Assembly (NCBI RefSeq): GCF_021869535.1
Contig: NW_026262723.1
Location: 1,612,001 to 1,676,000, forward strand
Length of the DNA: 64,000 bases
Direction of reading: 5' to 3'
DNA from: Mytilus californianus
Taxonomy: Eukaryota
Shown piece by piece: positions 1 through 14,241 of the stretch (its first letter is position 1; each line of letters starts with the position of its first letter). Both the position numbers and the translations under genes were made by a program. The notes below the pieces were generated by a model. The model was not told the origin of the DNA. It was given only the letters and a program-made list of their open reading frames with translations, and made no database searches.

Positions 1-1910
1 TTTCGCTTTTATAAGACAAGTTATATAAGGGTCATGACTGATTTTAAATTACAACATTAGCAAATTGACATTACATTGTATTATTTTCCATCACTTCTCT
101 AAAAAATTGATGAGTCTACACTTTTTTGCACAGATAATCCCACTAAGACAATGTTCATGCACCAAACTGACTTTGTTTTACACTCAAACAAACGCTTACT
201 CAATGCAAGTCACACATATGATTTTTTTTTAAACCTCGCATTCGCCTCGGTTGACTATGGTATTTTTTTGTGTTATAACTGATCTGTCCAGACTTTGCAA
301 ATACACAATATGTACTTATCTATAACTAGATACTAATTTTCACAAAATACACAACCTTTTAGATACAAAATTAAAAACACTGTTTCAGTGCTTGAATTTT
401 GTTTTTTTCAAAGATCGAAAAATATTGAAATAGTTTGATAAACTGGTGTTTTATAGTTTAGAAAATAATTTTGTAATATACTGAAGTGAAAAAGTATAAA
501 CAATATGAAAGTTTATGGATGTGAAAAGGTCAAGGCCACCTCTTCTTTTGCTATGTCATAAATGGCAAAAAATCAGAAGGTTCCAAATCAACGCCATTTT
601 GTAATGGCAGCTTTTCATATAAGTAGTCAAATTTGTCGTTTTATCATCGTTTGTAGTATATGCTTATGATTGAACCGTTTTTGTAGCATTCCATTGACTA
701 TATATCAGAAAATTTCTCCTTTTTGTCCTTGTAGTTGAAATATTGATATTTTTAGGTCTGACCTTTGACCTCAATTTTACAAAAATGTGACCACTCTGGA
801 TTTTTACGACCAAACTTTTCTTATTGTACACGTTTTCCTCTTTCCATCGATATATGATTTAGGTGTGTGTTCTTCCGGAACATTAAAGTTTAAAAAAATG
901 AACTCTGGTTGCAGTACTAATATAGAAATGATTGTCTCTCATTAAGAAAAAGTGCCTAATTTTTTCAATATGTTAACTTTTTTGTGCATGTACATTAATG
1001 ATTATTCCAGAATACACTTAGTCATCTATCATTTTTTCTTTTTTAAAAACTTATATGAAAGCCAAACTGTCACTGCCTTATCAATTTATAATTGGGTGTT
1101 TTATTGTTTACCCTTTAATGTAAATGTGTTTGTGTAAATAGATATTGTCTATTGTACATTATCATGCACCGGTACATACAGTGCTATTTTTTTTTAAATC
1201 AAACTGACCATCTAAATAAATGTATTTGTTGTTCGTTGGTTGCAAATATTATAAGGCTGATTTAATTTGGATAATGCATAGTTTTGTTATTTGAGCCTTT
1301 ATGTGCATAAACCATGTGTATTTTCCTCCAAACTCATTTAATTTCAATAAATGTCCGGGAATTTTCATTACTTCAATGTCGGATAATCTGAAAACATATA
1401 TGACATTTTCTGGTGCGGAAGTTTATCCAATCATTGTGTATTCAAGATTAATAAAAGGGTACATGCTATCTTGATATTGTTTGCTATGGATATGACGCAA
1501 GCTCGGTTAACCGTGTCACAAGTTTCCATTTTACTATAAGTGATCGCCAAAAAATTAAAAGTATCATGTTTGTCACGATATATATAAAATTTTAGTATAA
1601 AATCATACAGAAGTTTTTTCGCCTCGCTTCGCCAGGCGCTATATATTCAATTATTGGGAATTACGCCCCCTTTCAAAAATCCTGGATCCGCCCCTGACTA
1701 TTATCACGTACACATATTCACAAATAATGTGATGTCAGACTTGATGACATGTAACTGTAAATAATATTGATCTAATTTGTAAAAGAATATACTGTTTACA
1801 AATTCAACACCTACATTTCTTGCTATTAAAATTAATTAATAGCAGAAAGTACAACATAAGTATAAAAAAATTGTATTATTTTACAGGTTAATATCATATT
1901 AACCATTTTA

Positions 1911-1974
1911 ATGGGGATTGTCGTAATGAAATGCTTTCTAGTGGTTCTTGGTATATCAAGATTAAATATACTTG
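1911..1974 (+). CDS. Gene A signal-peptide exon (MGIVVMKCFLVVLGISRLNIL+G)
   Basis: Acceptor ttacAG at 1885-1886, ATG at 1911, hydrophobic core, donor G|GTAAGT at 1975. The phase-1 end joins 30684 in frame to give ...NILEVQA-C, a plausible cleavage site. The link across the 28.7-kb intron is inferred. Confidence 0.7.
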
Positions 1975-4900
1975 GTAAGTTTGTTCTGTGACTATTGTGT
2001 ATGAATTGTTATTATTTGATAGTTCCATAGTTTATTTTAAATAAATTAAATGTCCATGAAGTGCAGACTCATTCCTGCTATATATATTTCAAATACTGAA
2101 AGTGAACAATAATCCTATCTTATGATGACAACATCATTCAACCCGAAGCGCTTTGAAAGCACCAGATTTACAAAGTTTTATCTTAAATCATAATCAGAAA
2201 CATTAGACTATATATATATTTGGCATTGAACATACAACTATGTGCTTTAAAATTGAAACGCGGTGGTTCATTAAAGATACAATGATTCCATTCCAGTGGA
2301 CGAAATTCAAAACTAAATGTCAAATAAGCAGGGCTAACATAATTTGCTGACTGACCAAACAAAACATGTATAAATATTTATTGCTTGATAACGATTATGT
2401 TAAAAGAAAATATGCATCGGAAACTAAATCTAGTAACAATTTTGAAAACTGCTGAGACACCTGTACGTTATTCTTGAAGTAGACTACACTAGTTTTAATA
2501 TTACACAAATATCTATAAATATGTTTTCGCCATAAACAACAACAGTCGAGGCAAATAGGAAATACCATAATATTATGAAATTTCATAATTTTTTGATATA
2601 TTGGATCAAAGTGGAGTTGTCTTTCTTAGACGCCTAGTGTCAAAATGGACATGGGAGATAACAACTTTTGTCTTAAACGACGTCGAAAGGAAGACAACTC
2701 ATTATTATAAAAAGTTAACATTTAAAATATAAATTTGTATAACAATTTAGGAATTTATTAAATTGTGTTCGAACTATTGGTTTTATTATACACAAGGAGT
2801 AACTCTAGATAAATCAAACTTGACTAAAGATTATTTAAAATCTGGTGTAATGCACTAGAAAGAATCATTATATTTATTACTATTTTATCAGTCTCCGACA
2901 TAGCAAATCATGCATTTGGAGGTCAATTGCGAATTTATTTACAGTTTATTTATTATGTAAACAAATTAAAGACCGTAAAATCATGCGAAATCACAGAAAA
3001 ATATTTCTAAAAAAAACACTGTAAAATATGTTTGAAAATCTAACAACGGGAGATAAACAAACAATCGAATCCCTTACAAAAACTGATAACTATGACAATA
3101 ATTATTACGTTCTGTCAATAGCCTGTGTACAAATAAGCATAGACATTTATGCGATTGATGCGGATCTGACATTACAACATTAAGAATCTACAAAGCTGAA
3201 ATGTAATTCTTTGCATCATAGCAAATTATTAATGTCCAAATGATGGACATTGGCTATCTGATAAAGAAAATAAATTCACTAAAAGCTTAAAAACAAACAG
3301 CAAAATGTCCATAATATGTTATATATACGTAGAATTCTGAGTTGAGGTGAATTAATTGTAACAAAGAATATTTATACCTTTAATCTTTTTTAATTGAACA
3401 TGCTCATGGAGATAAAACACATTTGGCAAATAACCTATTGTTATTTGGAAAGAAACTACTCAGCATAAATTGATCGATGACAATTTGTTCACCATGGTTC
3501 CAGTTGAATGTCAAACTATTTGTACATTTAAATGCGTATTATGTGCATATTTCTACGTACATTTGTCAGATATTTCTATATGAAAGAAGTGATTGTATAC
3601 AAATGCTTAAGTTAAAGCAAGATAAAACTGAAAAGTATTGATTCAAAACAGTTACATCAGTTAAAAACAGAGCATAAGTAAGGTCATAAAGTCTCCTCAC
3701 GGCAATCCCACCTCAGGATATCACGTATTGATGACTTCTGACCATGCAAAATAAATTATCTTAGTCAAAGTGATATTTCAAGCTAATTAAAATTAAAAAA
3801 AAATCAGAACAAGATCTGAGATAATCAGTACTGTTATTGTAGTGGGGTGGGTGGCTAGGGAGTCTTTTTCTGTCGATTACGAGTAGAGCATGGCATCATT
3901 TGGATCAGATACTTTGGTAACGAGTATATTAAATTAAAATGATTTTCATATTTTGATTTCATTCATTAGAATTTAAGTTAGAGAATTTAATAATTCGCAG
4001 TCATTTAAGATAAAAATAAAAAAAACACAATATTAAAAAAGTGTTCCAACAAGAAGGAAAAAAAAAAGACGAATGCGTATGAACAAGGGACCCATATCTT
4101 ATTCGTTCTTCATATGCATATTTGTGGTTCTGCAACACAATGGAGTAAACATTTGAAGGCGTTAAATACATTACTAAGTAACCTTTGCAGAAATAGTCAC
4201 ATGATAAGAATCATATTACAATTTATAATGTGAAATGTAAATAATTTGGAATACAATTTTCTTCGTTCACATCTGTGTTTGTTGGTAATCTTATCTAAGG
4301 GCACCTGCTGGGAGAGATGTACTTCCTGATAATTTAACAAAATATATAAATAACCAGTGACACAGTTCCAGGCTTACTGCTAGTGCAGTTTTATAGAATA
4401 GTATAATAATCTACATTGGAAAAGATTGATAGAAATTAGATTTGAAGGTATACATGAATTGCATAACATGACTCTTAGGGTTTTATTTGAAATGTAAATA
4501 CCGTGCATTTTTCAAAGTAATAATTTGTCCACACACAATGTTTATAAGTTTTTATACAGTTTGCAGATTCAGATTAAATAAAACAAAAAAGTATCGCCAC
4601 TAGAATAACATAAAATATTCAAATACACGTATACGGCATAGCTATAGTGAATAAATTAATAATAATAATTGATCAATGAAATCATAGAATGATTTGAAGA
4701 TAAAATATTAATTCGACTGCAGACCAACAAATCAAACAACACAATACAAAATAACGTAAAATAGAGTTTTAACACCATCCAATAAGAAGTTTCAATAGAT
4801 TTAGAAAGATTAGATAATTGCTCATCTAAATATTTCCAGCTGAAGATTAAAAACATAATATAGTTACTACTCAGTATCCCGATCTGAAGTTGAATGCAAA

Positions 4901-5456
4901 AAAAAAACCATACGTGTCAAGTAAGACGTATCAAAACACTGTTACTACATGTCTGAACTTAATCTCATTTATAATCTTATTTATTACATATGTAGTTACT
5001 AATGAATTTGTCAATGAAGGAAAACGTGTTCCTAATCATTTAACTATTTAACAAACTTTACCATCTCTCTCATGCCTATGTTCTTCTGGAATTTTTGTTA
5101 AACCTATTGACAATAAACAAACAAAGGCGCCATTTCCTTTAAACGTTTCTTAAGCTGCCTAAATTTAACTATTTTCCATCCATGTACTACATATGTGTTC
5201 ATACACTTTGACCGTATATGTATAAAACTCATACAGTCATTCATGATTTGGCTGATACAGTTTATTTTGACTGATTTCGATTTACGATATGAAAATAAGA
5301 AGATATGGTTTAAAACAGATGCCAAATGACGTAGAAGTTACAACTATAGGTTACCGTAAGGCCTTCAACAATGAGCAAAACCAATAGTGCATAGTAAGTT
5401 ACACATTGCCCCGAAACGACAAATATAAAACAGTTCAAACGAGAAAACTAACGGCC

Positions 5457-6110
5457 TTAAGTTGGGGTCACACATTCACGATTTTTACTGCCGTCCTTGA
5501 CAGAACCATTCCCGATTAAGATTTGTCAAACGTCTGATCAAGATTCTGTGAATCGGGGCTGGAAATTGAAACTTTAATTAAAATTTGTAAAAACATATAT
5601 TGAATCATAACAATCAGATATTGTTCAGAAAGCGTCCAAGTTCGGCCGTTTCCAGCCGAATTTGTCCCGATTATACGGTTTTAAATCAGTATTAATCCGA
5701 TTTGTATCTCTCACATGGTAAAGAACGATATAATATGTCCCGACAGCATCCCGATTATACCGAATGTGATCCGACAGAGTTCAGAGAGTGACCAGACAGT
5801 GAACCGACGCTGACGGAAGATATATATCCGTGGGTATTATTGCCAAATTTCGTATTAATAACGGGACTGATCCGCAACGGTTTTGGCAAAGACTGTTCGC
5901 ATTAGGCAAGATCTTATTGCAATCTGGACTCAATCGGCAAAAAACAGCAATGACACATTTCTCCAGATCATGTCCGTTCAACAGGACACCGTCCAGAAAA
6001 CACAGAACATAATAACGATTGTTACGATTTCGATCCGATACAGCAGAAACTGTCACGACATAGTTACGATTGTAATCCGGTTATAGATAATATCAGTTGA
6101 GTCTTCCTGA
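5457..6110 (+). mobile_element. Left part of a probable non-autonomous Harbinger-like DNA element
   Basis: TTA followed by agttggggtcacac terminus, GC-richer body with recurring ccgat/cgatt motifs, no coding capacity; the right TIR was not found. Confidence 0.45.
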
Positions 6111-6315
6111 ATGTTACGGAACTCACCTAACTGTCGGGTGTTTAGCTAACCTCTGCGGACCTACATATTAATTCGTGACCTTCGCATGCTATTCATGTAA
6201 TGTTTGCAATAATTCACTAATCCATCATTTCAATAAGCGGATCTGTGTTTAGTATATATAATTTAAAAGTATGTGATATGTCTTGTCTAGTCTTGTCTTG
6301 TCTTTCAGTCAATTA

Positions 6316-6630
6316 CGATTTTTAATGCCGTCCTTAACAGGACCATTCCCGATTAAAATTTGTCAAAAGTCTGATCAAAATCCTCTGAATCGTGGATGGA
6401 AATTCTAAACTTAAATTAAAATTTGTAAAAAAAAAATATATTTAAACACGACAACAATCAGATATTATTCAGGAAGCGTCGATATTCAACCGTTTCCAAG
6501 CGAATTTGTCCCGACAATCCCGTTCTAATCCGATTTTTATTATTCGCATGGTAGAAAAGGACCGAATCTGTCCCGACAGCGTCCCGATTCTACCAAATGT
6601 TATCCGACAGAGATCAGACAGAATTTCGTA
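6316..6630 (+). repeat. Diverged direct duplicate of ~5479-5785
   Basis: Colinear similarity from cgattttta(c/a)tgccgtcctt to atccgacagag in both copies. Confidence 0.85.
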
Positions 6631-6634
6631 TTAA

Positions 6635-7226
6635 GGTAGATCATAGGTATATATTTCCTGAGATAGAATTTTCTTATACTTTGCGACAATGAAGATTTAA
6701 CTATGCTTTTTTCAAAAATATAATAAAAAATATGGGTCACCGTGCTATTTTCTAAGCTACGAGTCGTTGAAAATTGCCTAAATTTGGTTAGCTTGTTCAT
6801 GAAAAAACACATTTGTGCGCATAAAAAAAAATCTATGAGATAAAATTTTTAAATAAATTGTGAGAAGATAGGTTTTATAATATGTTTTAAGAAAATAAAA
6901 AGAAAAAATGGTGTCACCGAACTTGTTTTCTTGCTACAAGTAAAAATTAAAAATTTCCCTATCAGTCCAGTATATATTTTTTACTAAAAGAGTTATCTTC
7001 CCTGAAATGGCTTATTTCAAAAAAATGATTCAAAAAACACAAAATTTGATATTTGTTTAATTTTTTTTGACTTATACAATAAATCACCAATTTTTTTTTA
7101 CGTAAATAAACAGCCTAACCAATAAATTGTAAATCTGTCTCCAAATTTGCAGATTTAGGCAAATAACTAGACCGATTTTGTACTGGGATTGTACAATCCA
7201 AGATGGCGGTATACCATGAATCTACC
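6635..7226. mobile_element. Non-autonomous TIR element with TTAA target duplication (Kolobok/piggyBac-type)
   Basis: TTAA|ggtagatcataggtata ... tataccatgaatctacc|TTAA: imperfect ~17-bp TIRs with TTAA on both sides. Confidence 0.75.
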
Positions 7227-10200
7227 TTAAGGGCATACGATACAATTACAGGGGAGGTAATGACATTGCTATCGTAAACTTTTATTTTCGCGACGTCAAA
7301 CTGTGACATATCGGGAAAAGATGCAGTTTTCTGATTTAACTTGAAAACGAGTTCATTGACCCCTCTTTTAAAAATGGCATTTGGTTTAATTACGTATGAA
7401 GATTATTTGTATCAATTTTCATAAAAAAAGTCAACAATGCAATTTTTTTTTAAATTGGATAAAAATACAGCAAAAATTTCATAAACAACTATATCTGTCA
7501 TAATTCAGCATCGGCCATAGTTCAATAGAAACCCTTCAAAACAATACACGAATAAAAATGTTTGTACAATAGATACCCTATGAAAATAGAAAGATGCGAG
7601 AAAATATATATGTGATAAAAACAATGTTGATGTGCCAATGAAATCGTTACGTTCCAATCTTCATTTATTTTTCTACTTGATGTGTACGCTACAGCAATAC
7701 TAGATTGATAGTTGGTGGTTTTACCTTCAGTGGCAAATATGCATGTACAAGATACGAAATGCTGAATATGTTGTTTTTACAAAGTAGGAGCTGATCTGTA
7801 TGAATGTTATGAATTAGAGACTGCCACTGTAGCACTAGGGTATGGATAGGGCAAAAGCACTAGGGTATGGATAGGGCAAAAACTCACCAGCATGTAAACC
7901 AACCCATCAAGGGCCCTTACTCGTGCACCATCCGATTTAACGTACACGTTCCGATCGTACGTGGCTGCGTATCTATCCATCCCACACGGTTTTAATACCA
8001 GAACGTAAGACGTCCAGAAGACTTAGTTCAGAAAATAATGTAAACAAAATCGATTGCTATTCAGGAATAATTAACATTTAATTGGAAATTTAAGACACTT
8101 TGCTGTTTCAAACACGAAGTTAATTCCGATTAATTGAAAAATAAAATGCATCTCGAAAATTTAATCAAAGAAAAAGTAATTCACGACCACTGCTAATTTG
8201 GGACAGGCATAATACGAAATATAGCATTGTTAATCATATTCGAACGCTTCATCCTCCCTCAACCAGTGACAGTCGTGTTGTTACAGTAATGTTACAGTAA
8301 TGTAATAACACAATACTCTTTTCATGTTTTTAGTTTTAAAATAAATTATATTCTATAATCTACTATACAGTATGGGTTGTCCTCAATTTTGAAGGCCGTG
8401 TTATTGACTATAATTGCATACACTCACTTCAGATGTCTCATAGGCAGTCATACCACACATCCTTATTTTTAAATAACGAATGGCCTTGTTTCAAGCTAGT
8501 CGGAGGTTTCTTGAATACATGTAATGTTTAATAAAATGAGGGTAACTAATCAAGTCACTGACATTTTCATTTCGATAACATTTTCGTTTGGTCAAAAGGC
8601 TATAAATTGCAAAATCGTCCTACTTTTTGTTCACTTACGGACAAAAAACACAGTTTTTAAGAACCTTGACAGTTATTTTGCGTCCAACTTATATCGGACA
8701 TAGATAAATTAAATTTATTAAAAGTACAAAACTTTATTTCGACGTTACAATTTGAAAATTGTGTGTATTTGTCAAGAGATGCAAAATGTCACCTTGCCTT
8801 TTTCAGATGATTTCATCTTCTGATAGTTACAGTTGTGTAGCTAGATGTCATCACAGGCAAATGTCTCTGCAATTGTTTACTTATATACCTTACTAAAATA
8901 CATACGTATATAGGTTAAAATGGTTTAAACAAGTGCTTTAGATGTCCCGTATTTCCTTTAGATTTCTTATATTCATTCAGTCAACTGGATTTTAGAAATA
9001 TTTGTGTCTATTTTTGTTTTAATTTGACGAAATATTTAGGTTGCAGGAGAAATATAATGGCCAGCTTTGCATGAATACCCCCCCCCCCCCACCCACCAAA
9101 CCTCAACCCCAAAAAAGGAACGTTTAGTTCGTTTAGTTAACAAAAGAGACACACATTTATGTTCCTTAATGTATGATTGATTGTTGGTTGCTTAACGTCC
9201 AGTGGCAAATATTGCATGCATATTTAGAACGACATAATTAGTTACATTTGTTAACAATTATATACAAATAATTATAAGGCTACAGCACCTGATGAGGATG
9301 AACGGCCTTGGTCGACAGTTTTGACCTAAATTGAGATCCGAAACACTTGAGTGGGAAAGACACTGACATATAGTCAATCAAAATATTATAGCAAAATAGA
9401 AAATTATATTTAATATCTGTGACATATAATTAAAAACTTGGCGCGCTCTATGTAAAATGTTGCTTGGATTGGTAATGGACACGTCTTTTATTATAAAAAC
9501 TAATATGAGATCAAAATCTATAAACGTGTTAAACAAAACTAAATCGATAATACTATTGATATTGTAATCAAGTGGAAATGCAAACAAATCATTGTAGTTT
9601 CTTATCTATTAACTGTATAGTTCATCTTATTTTTTTGCTCCTTTGTCATTCTTTTTTTCATTGGGTTATTGTCTTGTTAATGCATGCGCCATTGTCTTTT
9701 TATTTATAGGCTTAGTCTGTCGTTTATGACATTTTTTTTTTAAAGATTTGCTGGAAACTAATGTAAAAAAAAATTAATAAAAAAAGCATTCGTAGTACAT
9801 TTTTTAACACATGAAAAGTAAATGATCAGTCTTTCTGCCCATCCCCCACCCACCCAAAATAATATCAAATGGTCGTCCCCTCACTGTGAGTGTTCCAATT
9901 TGAAAAGTATGATTTAACAATTACAAGGAAACACAAAATTAATTTTAAAGATAATATGTGCACAGCAGCTATGATATTGTTAAATTACACGAATGAATTT
10001 GTACCAAAACATTACAAAATATCTACTTTAAATTGATTAGTAAATAAAAAAAATAAATCATTAGTTGTACTTCAAGTTGTTCTACTGAATAGATCCCGCC
10101 AGAATTTCTACATCAAGGATAGGCTTGGCATTTGATATCTTTGTGGTTAGAAAAACCCCATGCATACGTTTACAATAGGTTTGACTTGATTAATTTGATG

Positions 10201-11042
10201 TAATCAAGATAAACTGCTGACTTTGATATTCTCACACTATATGTACTTGTGTTACTTTGAAGAACAAAAAATATATGTATTTTGCAGTCGCATTTGATTT
10301 ATTAATTTTAAGAAATCACAATGAAAAATACAACGAATCCTCTGCAAAAGTGATGGATTGATTATTGATACAATAAAAAAAAAGAAATTATACAAGAAGA
10401 ATGATGCACACATATTTTGAATGATATAACACCTCCCCTTTTTTTTTCTTTCTTTCTCTCTCTCTCTTGCGCTTAAAAAGATAAATTACATTTAAAAAGT
10501 TGAGTTTATGACAGAAAACAGTTTTGAAAAGTATACTTATGTATATATATATATATAATTAACTTTAAAATAAAATGTTTGAAACTATGATCGTTTGCAA
10601 ACTGTTCATTTATTTCGTTACTTTTAAAATCACTCTAAGACATTAGCCCGGATTTACTAATATATTTCTACAATTTTATCTCAGCATGTTATCAGTAATC
10701 TGTTATAGATAAATTATGTGGTCACACTTTCTCAATGGTTCACTAATTATAACCAGATGTTGACTTAGTAATCTAAATGTTCAACTGTCTTTATCATAAA
10801 AAGTTTTGTATAAATTAATATGTCTCTGTCATTCCTACTTGATTCACTGTATTTTCAGATCTTTCTGAAAACAAATATCAAAACTTTTATAAATTTTATT
10901 TTTATCATAAGAAAAAAATATAAAATTAATAATAAAAATATGAAATTAATAATAAAAATATGAATATTTTAATTAGTTTATTACGATATTATGGACATCT
11001 TCCCCTGAATTTATATGAAAGAATTTTGTTCCTCAACTTTAG

Positions 11043-13010
11043 TTTTTTATACGACCGCAAAAAAATTTTGTGGTCGCATATTGGTATGACGTTGGCGTCG
11101 TCGTCGTCCGGCGTCGTCGTCGTCGTCCGAAGACACATTGGTTTTCGCACTCTAACTTTAGTTTAAGTGAATGGATCTCTATGAAATTTTACAATAAGGT
11201 TTAATACTACAAAAGGAAGGTTGGGATTGATTTTGGGGGTTATGGTACCAACAGTTAAGGAATTAGGGGCCAAAAAGGGGCCAAAAATAAGCATTTTTGT
11301 AACTTCCAGACATAACTTGTGTGTTAGTGTATGGATCTCTCTGACATTGTACCACAAGGTTCCATATCACAAAGGGAATGCTTGGATTGATTTTGGGGGT
11401 AATTGCCTCAAAATTTTAGGAATTAGGGGCTAAAAAAGGGGCAAAAAACAAGCATTTTTCTAGTTTCATGACAATAATGTGTGTGTAAGTCTATGGATCT
11501 TTCTGAAATTATACTACAAGGTTTCATATCACAAAGGGCAAGATGGAATTGAGTTTGGGGGTAATTGCCCAAAACGTTTAGGAATTAGGGGCCAAAAAGG
11601 GGCCAAAAATAAGCATTTTTCTAGTTTCCAGACAATAACTTGTGTTCAAGTGTATGGATTTCTCTGAAATTGTACTGCAAGGTTCCATATCAGAAAGGGA
11701 ATGTTTGGATTGATTTTGGGGGTAATTGCCTCAAAATTTTAGGAATTTGGGGCCAAAAAAGGGGCAAAAAACAAGCATTTTTCTAGTTTCATGACAATAA
11801 CTTGTGTGTAAGTCTAAGGATCTTTCTGAAATTGTACTACAAGGTTCCATATCACAAAGGAAAAGCTGGAATTGAGTTTGGGGTAATTGCCCAAAACGTT
11901 TAAGAATAAGGGGCCAAAAAGGGGCCAAAAATAAGCATTTTTCTAGTTTCCAGACAATAACTTGTGTTCAAGTGTATGGATCTCTCTGAAATTATACTGC
12001 AAGGTACCATACCACAAAGGGAAGGCTGGGATTGATTTAGGGGTAATTGCCTCAAAATTTTAGGAATAAGGGGCCAAAAAGGGGCAAAAAACAAGCATTT
12101 TTCTAGTTTCAGGACAATTACTTGTGTGTAAGTGTATGGATCTTTATGAAATTGTACTACAAGGTTCCATACTACAAAGGGAAAGCTGGGTTTGAGTTTG
12201 GGGGTAATTGTCCTAAATGTTTAGGAATATGGGGCCAAAAAGGGGCCAAAAACAAGCATTTTTCTAGTTTCCAGACAATAACTTGTGTTCAAGTGTATGG
12301 ATCTCTCTGAAATTATACTGCAAGGTACCATACCACAAAGGGAAGGCTGGGATTGATTTAGGGGTAATTGCCTCAAAATTTTAGGAATAAGGGGCCAAAA
12401 AGGGGCAAAAAACAAGCATTTTTCTAGTTTCAGGACAATAACTTGTGTGTAAGTGTATGGATCTTTATGAAATTGTACTACAAGGTTCCATACTACAAAG
12501 GGAAAGCTGGGTTTGAGTTCGGGGGTAATTGTCCTAAATGTTTAGGAATATGGGGCCAAAAAGGGGCCAAAAACAAGCATTTTTCTAGTTTCCAGACAAT
12601 AACTTGTGTTCAAGTGTATGGATCTCTATGAAATATACTGCAAGGTACCATACCACAAAGGGGAGGCTGGGATTGAGTTTGGGGGTGATGAATCATAAGG
12701 GGGTTCAAAAAATTTGGGGGGGGATTTTTTTTTCCTTTTTTTTTTCTTTAAAATTTTCCATTTTAAATTGGTTATTTCTGATTTATATATAAAAGCATAT
12801 AATAATGATATGGTTTGAATAGGTAAATTAAAATTTTTTTAAGTTCTTAGACCACATTTATTCTGTGTCAGAAACCTATGTTGTGTCAAATATTTAATCA
12901 CAATCCAAATTCAGTGCTGTATCAAGCTTGAATGTTGTGTCCATACTTGCCCCAACTTTTCAGGGTTCGACCTCTGCGGTCGTATCAAGCTGCGCCCAGC
13001 GGAGCATTTT
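11043..13010 (+). mobile_element. Helentron/HINE (DINE-1-like) non-autonomous element carrying an internal satellite array
   Basis: Left subTIR atacgaccgca (~11049-11059) and its inverse tgcggtcgtat (12975-12985), a (GTC)n tract near 11096-11125, central tandem repeats and a 3' short GC hairpin near 12990-13005; this is the layout known for bivalve HINEs. Confidence 0.75.
11170..12680 (+). repeat. Tandem array of ~9.5 x 160-161-bp units organised as a 321-bp A/B dimer
   Basis: The ggat(c/t)t(c/t)t motif recurs every ~160 bp. ORF-track peptides at 11900/12221 and 12122/12443 are near-identical at an offset of exactly 321 bp. Confidence 0.95.
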
Positions 13011-13608
13011 ATTATTCCTTGTATTTCTTAAACTAAAAAAAAACATACGATATAAAATGTATGAAATTAGTTGACGTGTAGAGAAACAATTTTTTCTTTT
13101 TTTTCTTTTTTTATCTTATGTTTTTTGTTTGTTTTTATTTTGAGGGAGGGGGTTTATGAAAGGACACCTATAGCCGTATGCCATTTATATAGATAAGATA
13201 TTATAACGTAATTACTTGAGTTAGGAAAATGAGGAAATCTCGAATAATTTCAGATGACTTAACTATCTTTTACATCCGATCATTAGTTTTTAGTCAATTT
13301 GTGTGTACCTTGGGGAAAAGGGGGGGGGGGGGGGGGGGGGGGGGGTAACGTTGCACTTTTATACTTTATTGATATTTGGTGCCGCTGGGGTTTTGTTGCT
13401 CTACCTTTTTCTTAATACTTGAGATTTTAGAAACGTAACCTTTTCCCATATTGATCAATATTGGTTGGGTTTCGTGTGTGATGCGTTGGAAAAGTGGAAT
13501 ACAAAAGTGTCAAAAGAAAGGAAATTTGTGAATAAAAAAACAGCCTTAACACCAAGAAAATTACAGGGCATTTCATATCACACTTAAGGAAACTTTACCA
13601 TATATTTC

Positions 13609-13771
13609 ATAGTTTTCCCCACCCATTCATACCTCCGAAGTGTGTATCCAACTAATTTTATTTGGGGTGGGGGTGAAAAGAATATCCTGCCGGCCTGGTA
13701 AGAACTGTAAATAAATAATCTTACACAAGGCGGGATGAGAATATTATACAAAACACAATGCAAGAAACTAT
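13609..13771 (+). mobile_element. ~165-bp MITE, copy 1
   Basis: Short TIR atagttt...aaactat; near-identical inverted copy at 22604-22770. Confidence 0.7.
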
Positions 13772-14241
13772 AGTCAACAGGACTGATATTTAAGTGCAAG
13801 CCTTCCAACATGTTTAACCCCGCAACACCTTATATGTGCCTGTCCCAAATCAGAAGCCTATAAATCGTCGAATGTCATTTTTTGCTGTTTCTAATTTGTG
13901 TTTTTCGTTTATTATTTTGCATAATTAGTTTGTTCCTGCTTTGTTCCGTCACACCACTATACCAGGTAAAGAGAGTGTTGGCGCCTTCAAACATGTTTAA
14001 CCCCGCCATATTCTTTATGTGCCTGTATTTCAGTGGTTGTTGTTGGTTCTTTTCTGTCATATTTGTTTTCCGGAAATTGTTTTGAACTTTGATGTCCCAT
14101 TGGCAATCATACTACATCTCCTTATTTTTATATAGTGTATATAAAATTGAAAATAAATTTTCGGAAAAAAATAAGCATGAGTACTGACAGATGAAAATAA
14201 ACAGTAAATCTCTCTCCCTTTTTTCATAAATTTTATATATA

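Noticed and set aside
11170-12680. Regular repeats as a CRISPR array or a repetitive protein
   Set aside because: Whole units are repeated with no unique spacers, and the short ORFs on both strands are by-products of the satellite.
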